Shown here piece after piece: positions 18,914-28,588 of a DNA stretch of 64,000 nucleotides (position 1 is its first letter; each line of letters starts with the position of its first letter). The position numbers and the translations under genes were made by a program. The notes beneath the pieces are model-generated. The model made no database searches. It was not told the origin of the DNA and saw only the letters and a program-made list of their open reading frames with translations. Origin of the DNA: a bacterium (lineage in GTDB: Bacteria > RBG-13-61-14 > DATKZS01); assembly GCA_963674965.2 (NCBI GenBank), contig CAXXFL010000001.1, positions 256,001-320,000 on the forward strand, in the 5' to 3' direction.

Positions 18914-19632
18914 GCCACTCCTCCTATCCCCGCCCGGGCCAGCCTGCCCGCCCGGATAAGGGAGGACTCGTCGGACCCGTCCGAGATCATCCGGCCCTTC
19001 TCGAGGATGATCACCCGCTTGCTCATGCTGGTTAAAAGGCCCTTGTCGTGGGTGGCGATGAGCATGGTGGCGCCCTTCAGGTTGATCTCGGTGAAAAGCC
19101 GCATGATGTCGCGGGTGATGTCCGAGTCCAGGTTGCCCGTGGGCTCGTCGGCCAAAAGGATTTTCGGGTCGGTGATAAGCGCGCGGGCGATGGCCACCCG
19201 CTGCTGCTCGCCGCCCGAGAGCTTGAGCGGATACGAGTCCAGCTTGTGGTGGAGCCGGACCATCTTCAGGGCGTGCCAGACCTTCTTTTTCAGCTCGTTC
19301 CTGGGAACGCCCATTATCTCGAGCACGAAGGCCACGTTCTGGAAGACGGTCCAGTGATGTATCAGCTTGAAGTCCTGGAACACCACGCCGATGTTGCGCC
19401 GGAGAAGGGGAATCTCGTTTTTACTCAGCCGCGTGATGTTCCTGCCGTTTATGAGGATGGAGCCCGAGGTCGGCTTCTCGGCGGCGAAAAGGAGTTTTAA
19501 AAGGGTGGTCTTGCCCGCGCCCGAGGCGCCGGTAAGGAAGACGAACTCCCCCTTTCCGATCTTCAGGCTCACGTCCGTGAGGGCCTGGGACTCGCGGGAG
19601 TATTTCTTGCCCACGTGAAAAAGCTCGATCAT
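18910..19632 (-). CDS. ftsE: Cell division ATP-binding protein FtsE
   Basis: Walker A GASGAGKTT, VVFQDFKL, LSGGEQQR, LADEPTGNLD. Confidence 0.95.
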   Translation of the reverse strand: MIELFHVGKKYSRESQALTDVSLKIGKGEFVFLTGASGAGKTTLLKLLFAAEKPTSGSILINGRNITRLSKNEIPLLRRNIGVVFQDFKLIHHWTVFQNVAFVLEIMGVPRNELKKKVWHALKMVRLHHKLDSYPLKLSGGEQQRVAIARALITDPKILLADEPTGNLDSDITRDIMRLFTEINLKGATMLIATHDKGLLTSMSKRVIILEKGRMISDGSDESSLIRAGRLARAGIGGVA

Positions 19633-19709
19633 GTCCGCGTCTCGCTTCCGCATGGCCCGATGGGGCCGCCGCATTCAACTTGGTTTCGGTTCAGCTTACG
19701 TTACAACTT

Positions 19710-20240
19710 CTAATCCTCGTCTATCTGTTTGGAGAGGAAACTCAGGATGACCTCGTCCAGACTCTTGTCGGAAATAAGGTCCGCCCCGAAGATGTCCTCG
19801 TCCTTCAAGTCCTCGTCCTCCCGCAGGTTGATGGTCTTCTCGGCCGCCTTCTCCTGGATAACCTCGTCGTCCGGGGCCATGGGCGCCGGAGGTGGAGGCG
19901 GGGGAGGAGGGGCCGCCTTGGCCGGGGCCGCCGGCTTGCCCGCCGCCGCCGGGGCCGGACAGGTCGCGTCAGCCTGGCCCGGCGCCAGGTAGCGGTCGTA
20001 AAGCCCGTTCTTAAGGTCCCGGAGCATGGACTTGTGCTGGTCCTGCATCAGCTCCCGAACCGTGTCGTCGACCTTCGCGTGATTGAGTATATCGTCGTAT
20101 GCCTTTTTCTTGCGGCCGATAATATTCCCCTTCACGAAAAGGAGAGTAATTATATGAGGATGACCCTTCCCGCTGTCCTCGGTCTGGATATGGAAAATCT
20201 GGCCCTTGTAGCATACGTTATGGTTGTATCCAGGAAGCAT
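19710..20240 (-). CDS. Conserved hypothetical protein (GYNHN...HIQTEDSG type) with Pro/Ala linker and acidic tail
   Basis: ORF with GGAAGG RBS; N-terminal domain recalled from deltaproteobacterial hypotheticals; C-terminal KSLDEVILSFL. Confidence 0.75.
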   Translation of the reverse strand: MLPGYNHNVCYKGQIFHIQTEDSGKGHPHIITLLFVKGNIIGRKKKAYDDILNHAKVDDTVRELMQDQHKSMLRDLKNGLYDRYLAPGQADATCPAPAAAGKPAAPAKAAPPPPPPPPAPMAPDDEVIQEKAAEKTINLREDEDLKDEDIFGADLISDKSLDEVILSFLSKQIDED

Positions 20241-20289
20241 TAATCTCACCTTCCAGCGCGCCCGAAATTATTGTTCCGACTCCTTAATC

Positions 20290-20318
20290 ATTCTAATCCA
20301 CGAGCAAATGCATGTCAA
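20290..20318 (-). promoter_or_regulatory. Sigma70-type promoter for the 20240 gene (possibly also ftsEX-envC)
   Basis: TTGACA-17 bp-TAGAAT on the minus strand. Confidence 0.75.
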
Positions 20319-20414
20319 AACAATTCCTCTTTTTTCTTGCGGCGTTAATTCAAAAATGCTAGGCTGAAGGGTAAGTACAAACAAATAGTAAAGTCCTGGC
20401 TAAGGAGGACGCGA

Positions 20415-20663
20415 TATAAGACCAAAAGCCGGAAAATCAATTTAGTTGCACTTCTACTTTGTCTTGTCATCACCCTTTCCTGCGGCTGCCCCGGCGGAGG
20501 CGGAGACACCGACCACGGTGACGGCGGCGGGACAATGATCGACAACGGCGACGACGGCGTTAAAGAACAAAACGACTGCAACGATAACGACCCCTCCATC
20601 TACACCGCCGGGCCCGAAGCCTGTGACGGCAAGGACAACCAGTGCTCGGGGGACGCGGGGTAG
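20415..20663 (+). pseudogene. Decayed lipoprotein gene with a MopE-type putative metal-binding repeat
   Basis: AGGAGG RBS but no ATG; signal KTKSRKINLVALLLCLVITLSCGC; DCNDNDPSIYTAGPEACDGKDNQC; early TAG. Confidence 0.6.
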
Positions 20664-21178
20664 GCGATGCATTCCTGATACCGGCCCCAGGGCGCGAACA
20701 AATATTTTACATGGGAAAGCCCTAAAGGAATGCTGGTTAATAAGGCTATGCTCAGGATGGCCGCCGCATAACCGACTATCCGACCTTTGGAGGCTTCCAT
20801 CGGGTTTTTTGCCTCATCTCGAGTCCCGTTTTCTTTATCCATGGTTTACGGCCTTTTGGTTACGGTCCCTGGCCCTCGCGGCTTCATCTATACCTCCGCG
20901 TCCGGGCGAATACTCGATTTCCACTACGGCGTTAATCATTATGAATATAACGCGCGTGAGAGCGGCCGGCAATAAAACGGCGCGCCTTGGCCGCCCAGGG
21001 GGTAAGATTGAAAAGCGCGGTTATGCCGGCGGGACGAGCGCCATGGATCGCGTCTCCGAGGCGGTGAGGCTGGTATGCGGCCAACACTCAGCCCCCGGCC
21101 CTTGAGTAAGGGTCCTTGCGCTCCCGGCCAAAAATCAATCTGCTTTTCCCTTTGGCCTTCCTTTGCTAGTATTTATCC

Positions 21179-24100
21179 ATGAACTTTTCCAGAAAAATCT
21201 TAAGCCTCGAGGAGTTGAAGCGGCTAATGCCCCGTCCGCCCCGGGAATACGGTCCGACCCCGTTCTGGGCGCTTAACGACGACCTGCGCCCTGACCGCTT
21301 GAGGCGGGCGCTCAAGCTTTTCGCGGAAAGAGGGTTCGCGGGCGTCTTCATGCACGCGAGGACCGGCCTCGAGATCGAGTACCTCTCGGAGGATTGGTGG
21401 GACCGCGTATCCCTGATCGTCGAGGAGTGCGCCTCCCTGGGCCTTAAAGCCTGGATTTACGACGAGTACAACTGGCCCTCGGGCCTGGCCGGCGGCAAGA
21501 CCATCGCCGGGCGGGACGACCTGGTCATGCCTTGCCTCGACCACGTCCGACTGAAAAAAGGCTCCGGCCAAGGCGCCGCCCATACCGGACGGGCCGTGGC
21601 CGCCTTCTCGATGGGGCACAAGGTGGCCGACCTTTCCGACCGGATCGAGGACGGGAAATTCCAAGTCCCGGACGGGACCGGCGAGGACGTCCTTCTCTTC
21701 TTCGAGGACAAGGTAACGGACGAGACCTTCGCCACCAACAACGCGCCCTGGGTCTCGGGCGTCCAGGGCTACGTGGACCTTATGAACCCCGAGGCCACCG
21801 GCCGCTTCATGGAGCTGACTCACCTCGAGTACGAGAGGCGGCTGGGCAAGTACTTCGGCGATGTCATCCCCGGCGTTTTCACGGACGAGCCGCAGTTTTA
21901 CCGGGCCATTCCCTGGACGGCTCGATTCGCCGAGAGGTTCAAGGCCGAGAAGGGCTACGACCCGATGTCCCGCCTTTACATGCTTATCGAGGACCGGGCC
22001 GAGTACAGGAGGTTCCGCCAGGACTACTACGGCCTGGCCGAGTCGCTTTGCGTTGAAAGCTATTACCTTCCTCTTCGCCAGTGGTGCGACGATCGCGGGC
22101 TTATCTTGACCGGCCACCTGGGCAAGGAGGAGGACCTCGGGCGCCTGCCGACGAACCACGGCGGCCTGTACGGTCCTCTTTCCAGCCTGACCATGCCGGG
22201 CATCGACGCGCTCGGGAGCGGCAATCCCATCGCGGGCGGTCTGATCAACATGGAGTCGCCCAACTTCGCGCCTCGAGCCGCGGCCTCGATTTCCAGGCTC
22301 CGCGGCGACGGGTCCGTGCTTTGCGAGGCCGGGGGCGGAAGCGGATGGGAGGCCACCCCCTCGGACCTGAAAAAACAACTGGACTGGCTGTTCGCCTCGG
22401 GCGTGAATTTCATCAATCCTCACCAGAGCCTATTATCGGCCAAGGGCCTCCGCAAGAGGGACTTCCCGCCCAGCCATTCCGAACAGGAGCCCTGGTTCGA
22501 GTTTTACTCGGCCCACTCCGAGTATGTGGCCCGCTCGTCCATGGCCGTAAGAGCGGGCGAGCCCGTTCGCGACGTTGCCCTTTTCTTTCCCACCTCGGCC
22601 ATTCGGGCGTCCCACCGGGCCGGGAGCGCCAACCCGGGCGAGGAGTCGGTAAGGACCATTGTGGCCTTTACCGCCGTGCTGGACTTCCTGGTCCACCACC
22701 AGCGGAGCCCGGAGATTATTTTCGAGGACTCCATAGTGGACGGCAAGGTAACGGCCGGCAACGGAAAACTCGCGGCGGGTGGAGGCGAGTTCGAGTTCAT
22801 GGTCCTGACCTCGGCCTCGGTGATAAGGTCGGAAGCCGCGGCTCTTCTTACCGACTTTTTGACCTCGGGCGGCAAAATGCTTGTTTTCGACCGGCTTCCC
22901 CGATCGGACCAGTTTGACGAGAAGATTCCCGACTCCTTCCTCCACGAGGTTAAAAGGGCGGAGGAGCAAAACCGTCTCGTCCAGATATCGAGCCTGATGG
23001 GGTTCAGTAAAACCGGGGTCCTCTCCGCCCTGGAGCGGCTGGCCCCGGCGGAGGTAAAAATCGAGTCCGACTTCGCGGAGCGGATCATCCTCCATCACTC
23101 GAGGCTCGAGGACGGGGACTTGTACTTTTTAGCCAACCTGGACGAGGAAAAGGGCATGGCCAAGATATCCTTTAAGAACGCCCGCGCAGAGCTCGATAAA
23201 TGGAGCCCGGTCACGGGCAAGTCCATGCCCGTTCCCTTCCGGGCGCTCGGGGACGGCTCCGGTGAGGCCGACCTGTCCTTCGGCCCCTTCGAGTCGATGA
23301 TCCTCACTTTCTTGGACGGCAAAGGAAAGGTCCGCGCGGCCATTCGCGAGGCCAACTTCAGGGTCATGGAGATCGGACCGAAAGCGGTAAAGGGCGTGGG
23401 CGCCAGGGGAGAGGCCCGCCTGCAAACGGACTCGGGATTCTCGAGGCTCGAGCTTGAATACCCGCCTCATCCGCTGGCCCTGGGACCGGGATGGGAGGTG
23501 GTCCCCTCCCGCGAGAACCTTTTGCCCCTGGGGCCGTGGAAGGTCACGACCGATGAAACGTCCCCCCTTCCCTTGTCCGGGCTGAAGGATGAAAAATACT
23601 TCGCGGCCAGGACCAGGCTTTTGATCAGGGCGGGACGGCCGGCGCTCGGGCTGGCCAAGTCCATCTCTCCTCCCTCCCGGCGCTACCGGACGGAAAAGTA
23701 CTTCGACTTCGCCGACGTGGAGAAAATGCGCGTTCCCATCTCGAGGATCACGGGCATAGACCTCGAGAGGTTGGGTCTTTACGAGGGGGTGGGGGCGATT
23801 AACCGCCTGGCCGACTACCTGGGCGTCAACCACATGATGAAAAGCTTCCCGTCTCCGGGCGCGAGCTACAGGGCCGAGACCGTTTTCCGGGCCAACTATA
23901 TTCCCTCGGACCTGGCCCTGGTTTTCGAGGACCTTGGCGAGCCGATTCGAGTTCGACTCAACGGCCGCGACCTCTCCGAGGCGGCGCCCGACGTCCGCGG
24001 CTGGGACCCCTGTTGCCGGGCCTATAAAATAGCGAGACTCGCCAAAAAGGGAAAGAACCGCGTGTCCATTATATCGAGGCAGCCGGCTTTTAACGCCATG

Positions 24101-24559
24101 AGTCCCAGCACGCACTCGATCGAGCCGGCCGCCCTGGCGGGTTCATTCCAGCTTGACGAGAAACAAAAACTGATCGAGCCTCGAAACGGCTCCAGACAGC
24201 GGGGGGACTGGACCGACCTGGGTTACCCCTTTTACTCCGGCCTGATGACGTATAAAAGGACCTTCCATCTTCCCGAGGAGTTTATGCAATATTTCCTGGC
24301 CCTCGAGTTGGACGAGGTCCGAGAGTGCGCGAGGGTCCGGCTCAACGGACAAGACGCCGGCGTCCGCCTTTATTACCCCTTTGCCTTCGACGTCTCGGGC
24401 CTGGCGCGGCCGGGCGAGAACGAGCTCGAGGTCGAGGTCGCGAACACGGCGGCCAACTTTTTCGCCGAGCCCATGCCCTCGGGCATACTCGGCCCGGTCC
24501 GGATCGTTCCCTACGCCCTATTCGAGATGGACCTGCCCGGCAAGAAGGACCGGGGCTGA
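21179..24559 (+). CDS. GH106 (alpha-L-rhamnosidase-like) glycoside hydrolase
   Basis: PFWALND, FMHARTGL..YLS, WIYDEYNWPSG, FTDEP, PGID, RKRDFPPS; C-terminal beta-sandwich; no signal peptide. Confidence 0.8.
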   Translation: MNFSRKILSLEELKRLMPRPPREYGPTPFWALNDDLRPDRLRRALKLFAERGFAGVFMHARTGLEIEYLSEDWWDRVSLIVEECASLGLKAWIYDEYNWPSGLAGGKTIAGRDDLVMPCLDHVRLKKGSGQGAAHTGRAVAAFSMGHKVADLSDRIEDGKFQVPDGTGEDVLLFFEDKVTDETFATNNAPWVSGVQGYVDLMNPEATGRFMELTHLEYERRLGKYFGDVIPGVFTDEPQFYRAIPWTARFAERFKAEKGYDPMSRLYMLIEDRAEYRRFRQDYYGLAESLCVESYYLPLRQWCDDRGLILTGHLGKEEDLGRLPTNHGGLYGPLSSLTMPGIDALGSGNPIAGGLINMESPNFAPRAAASISRLRGDGSVLCEAGGGSGWEATPSDLKKQLDWLFASGVNFINPHQSLLSAKGLRKRDFPPSHSEQEPWFEFYSAHSEYVARSSMAVRAGEPVRDVALFFPTSAIRASHRAGSANPGEESVRTIVAFTAVLDFLVHHQRSPEIIFEDSIVDGKVTAGNGKLAAGGGEFEFMVLTSASVIRSEAAALLTDFLTSGGKMLVFDRLPRSDQFDEKIPDSFLHEVKRAEEQNRLVQISSLMGFSKTGVLSALERLAPAEVKIESDFAERIILHHSRLEDGDLYFLANLDEEKGMAKISFKNARAELDKWSPVTGKSMPVPFRALGDGSGEADLSFGPFESMILTFLDGKGKVRAAIREANFRVMEIGPKAVKGVGARGEARLQTDSGFSRLELEYPPHPLALGPGWEVVPSRENLLPLGPWKVTTDETSPLPLSGLKDEKYFAARTRLLIRAGRPALGLAKSISPPSRRYRTEKYFDFADVEKMRVPISRITGIDLERLGLYEGVGAINRLADYLGVNHMMKSFPSPGASYRAETVFRANYIPSDLALVFEDLGEPIRVRLNGRDLSEAAPDVRGWDPCCRAYKIARLAKKGKNRVSIISRQPAFNAMSPSTHSIEPAALAGSFQLDEKQKLIEPRNGSRQRGDWTDLGYPFYSGLMTYKRTFHLPEEFMQYFLALELDEVRECARVRLNGQDAGVRLYYPFAFDVSGLARPGENELEVEVANTAANFFAEPMPSGILGPVRIVPYALFEMDLPGKKDRG

Positions 24560-25530
24560 TGGAAAAGGGGAAGATCGTGGTATGCGCCGGCGAGTCGCTG
24601 GTGGACGTGGTGGCCCGGGAAATTGGCGTGGGCCTTTCGAGGGCCGAGACCTTCGTGAAAAAGCCGGGAGGGGCCGTGGCCAACGCGGCGGTGGGCCTTT
24701 CCCGCCTGGGCGTCAAGACCCGCTTTCTGGGTAAAGTCGGCACGGACCCCTTCGGGACGTTTCTGAAAAGAGACTTCGAGCGTGAGGGTATCGAGGTCGC
24801 CAGGCTGACGGTTTCCAAGGACTACTCGACGGGCATAGTGTTCGTGTCCCTTGACGAGGACCGGGTCCCGAGCTTTTATTTCGCGGGCGACCCTTCCGAG
24901 GACAAGATTTTCACGGAGGAAGAGGTAAGCGCGGCCGATCTGGAAGGGGCCTCTTTTCTGTATCTGGGGACCGTTTCCATGGTTCATCCGGCCTCGCGGG
25001 CGGCCACGTTCAAGCTTATCCGCCTGGCCGCGGAGAGGGACGTAAAAGTATTTCTCGATCCCAACCTCCGCCTTCACCTTTGGAAGGACCATCCTCTTTT
25101 AAAACGGTCCGCCCTCGAGGCCGCGGGCCTTTCGAGCCTGGTCAAGCTCAATGAAATCGAGCTCGAGTTCCTCACCGGCAAGAAGGAAGTGGAGGCCGGG
25201 GCCAGAGCGCTCCTGGAACAAGGGCCCCAGGTGGTGGTCGTAACCATGGGGCCGAAAGGCGCTTTCTTCATAGGGCCCGGCGGGACCGGGTACTCTCCCG
25301 GCTTTGAAGTGAACGCGGTGGACACGACGGGCGCGGGCGACGGCTTCGCGGCCGGCCTCCTGTCCGAGTTGAATCTCATCGACTGGCCGCCAAGCGGGAA
25401 GGACCTCGAGCGGGCGGCTCGGTCGGCCAACGCGGTGGGCGCCATGGTGACCATGGAGGTCGGCGCCAGGACGGCCCTCCCCACCCGGGAGGAGGTCGAT
25501 GCTTTTTTAAAGGAAAGGGGCGTTTCCTGA
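24559..25530 (+). CDS. PfkB-family carbohydrate kinase (fructokinase-like)
   Basis: PGGAVANAAVGLSRLG, DPNLR, VDTTGAGDGF; TGATG coupling to the upstream gene. Confidence 0.92.
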   Translation: MEKGKIVVCAGESLVDVVAREIGVGLSRAETFVKKPGGAVANAAVGLSRLGVKTRFLGKVGTDPFGTFLKRDFEREGIEVARLTVSKDYSTGIVFVSLDEDRVPSFYFAGDPSEDKIFTEEEVSAADLEGASFLYLGTVSMVHPASRAATFKLIRLAAERDVKVFLDPNLRLHLWKDHPLLKRSALEAAGLSSLVKLNEIELEFLTGKKEVEAGARALLEQGPQVVVVTMGPKGAFFIGPGGTGYSPGFEVNAVDTTGAGDGFAAGLLSELNLIDWPPSGKDLERAARSANAVGAMVTMEVGARTALPTREEVDAFLKERGVS

Positions 25531-26306
25531 TGAAGATAGTGCCGCTTCGCGAGATCGTGGTGGTGGGCATGGGTCCGGGCCCGGTTGGCATGCTGACCGT
25601 CGAGGCCAGGGAGGCGCTTCTCGCCGAGGACGAAATATATTTCAGGATTTCGGGCCACCCCGTTTACCACTGGCTGAGAGAACTGGGCAAGCAATGCGTG
25701 AGTTTCGATTTCCTTTACGGATGCCCGGGCATGACCTACGAGAAGCTGCATATCCTTATCGTGGACAGCCTCAAGGTCGCCGCCAGAAAAAAAGGCAAGG
25801 TCGTTTACGCTTTGCCGGGGAACCCGAGAGCGTTCGAAAAAACGCCCTCCCTGCTCGAGGCGCGGGCAAAGGGAACGGCTATAAGGATAATAGGCGGCAT
25901 GAGTTTCCTCGATACCATGTTCATCGAGTTGGGGCTCGATCCCGAGATGGGTCTACAGATACTGAACGCCTCGGCCTTTGGCGTTTACGGCGATTATCCT
26001 TTTACCGAGGAACTGCCCATGCTTATCGGCCAGTTCGCGTCTCCGGGGGGACTTCGGCCGGGGGACGAGAACGGCAACGCCGCGGCCACGGTTCGGGCGC
26101 TTCTGAAAAAATTGCCCCCCACCCATGAAGTCACGCTGGTATGGTGTCCGGGTTTTCCCGATTTCGTCAATATTAAGGAAACCATGACTCTCAAGGAACT
26201 GGCGAGCCGGGTCGGCTGCGTCAAGGAACTGGCCACCCTTTACGTTCCCGCTCTGACCCCTCCCTGGGAGGCGGCCCGGAAAGTCGCCGGGACCGAGAGG
26301 TCCTGA
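25530..26306 (+). CDS. Tetrapyrrole methylase-family protein (stand-alone YabN N-terminal-like domain)
   Basis: VVGMGPG, HP, SFDFLY, VYALPGNP..FE, GMSFLD...LGLDP..GLQI; no MazG domain. Confidence 0.8.
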   Translation: MKIVPLREIVVVGMGPGPVGMLTVEAREALLAEDEIYFRISGHPVYHWLRELGKQCVSFDFLYGCPGMTYEKLHILIVDSLKVAARKKGKVVYALPGNPRAFEKTPSLLEARAKGTAIRIIGGMSFLDTMFIELGLDPEMGLQILNASAFGVYGDYPFTEELPMLIGQFASPGGLRPGDENGNAAATVRALLKKLPPTHEVTLVWCPGFPDFVNIKETMTLKELASRVGCVKELATLYVPALTPPWEAARKVAGTERS

Positions 26307-26319
26307 AAGGAGATTACTC

Positions 26320-27117
26320 TTGAGAAGGACACGGGTCCGCCCGACGGCGACTCTATTAATCGCGTCATTTATTGTTCTTTTGACCTCGCCGGCCGGGGCC
26401 TCCCCCTGGCGGGAGGACCGGCCCATCACCGTGGGACACCGGGGCACGACTCTCCTGGCCGACGAGAACACCATGGACTCCTATAACAAGGCCTGGGAGC
26501 ATGGCCTGGACGTGATCGAGTGCGATCCGCGCCGAACGGCGGACGGCGTTTTCGTCGTCATGCACGACCCCACCGTTGACCGGACCACCGACGGAAGCGG
26601 GAAGGTATCGAGCATGACTTTCGAGGAAATCAAAAAGCTTCGCACCGAGTCGGGCCATGAAGTCCCAACACTGGAGGGGGTCCTTACTTTCGCCCGCGAA
26701 AAAGACCTGGCCGTCTACCTGGACTTGAAAGACCCGCCTCGAGACGAGAACGACAGGGACCTGGTGGACCTGATCGAAAAAACGGGGATGGCCGGCCGCG
26801 TGATCATGGGATGCTATGAACTGAAAACTCTCAAGATACTCAAGGCGCAAAATCCATCCCTTAGCGCCTGCGCGTCCTGGCCCTATCCGGCCCCCACCCT
26901 GAAGCGGGCCAAAAACCTCGGGGCCGACGCGGTGGGGACCTTGAAGGGACTGGCGAGTAAAGCCATGGTGGACAGGGCCCATAAGCTGGGTCTGAAGGTG
27001 ATCACCATGCCCATCAACGACGCCGACAAGATGGACAAGTTCCGCGCTCGAGGCCTCGACGCCATTCAGACGGACGACCCGCGCTTAATTAACGAGGAGC
27101 CGGTTCGCGGCGATTAG
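26320..27117 (+). CDS. Glycerophosphodiester phosphodiesterase, exported
   Basis: GHRG, ENT, IECD, VMHD..VDRTT, IQTDDP; signal peptide. Confidence 0.92.
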   Translation: MRRTRVRPTATLLIASFIVLLTSPAGASPWREDRPITVGHRGTTLLADENTMDSYNKAWEHGLDVIECDPRRTADGVFVVMHDPTVDRTTDGSGKVSSMTFEEIKKLRTESGHEVPTLEGVLTFAREKDLAVYLDLKDPPRDENDRDLVDLIEKTGMAGRVIMGCYELKTLKILKAQNPSLSACASWPYPAPTLKRAKNLGADAVGTLKGLASKAMVDRAHKLGLKVITMPINDADKMDKFRARGLDAIQTDDPRLINEEPVRGD

Positions 27118-27166
27118 TTATGGCGCAAGGAGTTATAATGGTATATCTTTTAGCCTGGAGGTTTTC

Positions 27167-27751
27167 ATGCTGGGCAAGATAGCCAAAATGATCGGCGACA
27201 ACGGGGTCCTCGACCTTCTTTCCGGCAAGGTGGTGGTCACGGACGAGGTGATTAACGCCTTCGTCAACATGAAAGGACTTCCTCCCGAGGTCTCGAGCGT
27301 GGAAATCAAGTGCGGCGACGGCCACGTCACCGCCGCGGCCCGGGGAGAGTTCAAGGGCATCGAGTGGAGCTTTACGGGGGGCGCCGAGTTGAAGGGCCTT
27401 CGCGTCACGGCCGACGAGCAGGTGGTCAGGATAATGCCGCGGGGCCCGATCAAGGCGGGTACAAAGCACCAGGAGGTGATCGTGAACTTCTGGCCCGGCG
27501 AGGGCCTGATGCGCGAGTACAAGACGCTTCTCGACCTGGCCCCTCCCGAGATAGCCGGGGGCGTCATCGTCGAGGAGGACTCTATCAAGCTTCTTCTGCA
27601 CGCCATCCCCCAGTGGAAGAAGGAGTTCGATCGCATGATCGCCGAGCTTCCCCTGACCAAAAAGCTGGGAATAAATCCCCTCGATTACGTGGTGATCAAG
27701 GACCTTGTTTTCGTGCCGGGGGCGGTGAGGATCGTCGCCGGGCGCAAATAA
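27167..27751 (+). CDS. Hypothetical protein
   Basis: GGAGG RBS, host-like codon usage, position within operon. Confidence 0.75.
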   Translation: MLGKIAKMIGDNGVLDLLSGKVVVTDEVINAFVNMKGLPPEVSSVEIKCGDGHVTAAARGEFKGIEWSFTGGAELKGLRVTADEQVVRIMPRGPIKAGTKHQEVIVNFWPGEGLMREYKTLLDLAPPEIAGGVIVEEDSIKLLLHAIPQWKKEFDRMIAELPLTKKLGINPLDYVVIKDLVFVPGAVRIVAGRK

Positions 27752-27787
27752 CCACGCGGTCCCCATTAGGCGGCCGCCGGGGAGGGC

Positions 27788-28588
27788 ATGGCCATGAAGC
27801 GTTTCCTTTTTCCATTTCTCCTGTTCGCGGTGGCGATCTTCACGCTCGGCTGCGACAATACCAAGCGAAGCTGGAACCTCTCCCGCGACGCGGCCCGCAT
27901 GTTTCACCAAGGCGACCATGAAACACTGTGCCAGCTTTATACGCCCACCATGCTCGAGCTTCTTCCGCCCGAGGTCATGGAAAGGGTCATCAGGCAAACG
28001 GCCGACGCGGTGGGCGAGCCGGTGGGCCAGTGCAAATGGCACTATACCTACCGTATAACCGAGTTCGATCCTTTCCGCTCCTTTGCCATCTATAAATGCC
28101 CCTATCAAAGGGAGAGCGTCAAGGTGACCGTGGCCGTCGAGATCGAGGACGCCGGCCCCAAGATATCGGGGCTGTGGGCCGACTCGCCCACCTTGAGGAA
28201 AACGCCCATGCTTCTCAGGGTCGTACTCTGCCGGGGCATCAACGAAAATGGCCACGTCTTCGATTCACCCCTCGAGATGGCCGACTGGGCCGAGCCCCGC
28301 CTTTACGTCTGGACCGAGTGGCAGGGCCTGAAGTCGGGCGACAAGGTGCTTTTCGACTGGCTCGGTCCGGACGGAACCGAAGTCACCTACTTCAATTACG
28401 ACGTTCCCACCGACGTCGAGCGGGTATGGAAGGTCTGGTCCTGGATCGAGCCCTCCCAGCTCGAGGTCGCGGCCCCCTCCGGAAAATGGACGGTCAAGAT
28501 TTTCCTCAACGACAAGGAGAGGGAAGCTTTCAAGTTCGACGTTATCTCCAGCGCGCCTTCTCCCGACGCGCTCAATAGCCCCGATTAA
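27788..28588 (+). CDS. Putative lipoprotein (NTF2-like N-terminal plus Ig-like C-terminal domain)
   Basis: Lipobox TLGC; GGAGG RBS; C-terminal GKWTVKIFLND strand pattern. Confidence 0.7.
   Translation: MAMKRFLFPFLLFAVAIFTLGCDNTKRSWNLSRDAARMFHQGDHETLCQLYTPTMLELLPPEVMERVIRQTADAVGEPVGQCKWHYTYRITEFDPFRSFAIYKCPYQRESVKVTVAVEIEDAGPKISGLWADSPTLRKTPMLLRVVLCRGINENGHVFDSPLEMADWAEPRLYVWTEWQGLKSGDKVLFDWLGPDGTEVTYFNYDVPTDVERVWKVWSWIEPSQLEVAAPSGKWTVKIFLNDKEREAFKFDVISSAPSPDALNSPD

Noticed and set aside
24325..24558. N-terminal extension of the PfkB ORF
   Set aside because: Lies inside the GH106 gene; the TGATG overlap gives a start at 24559
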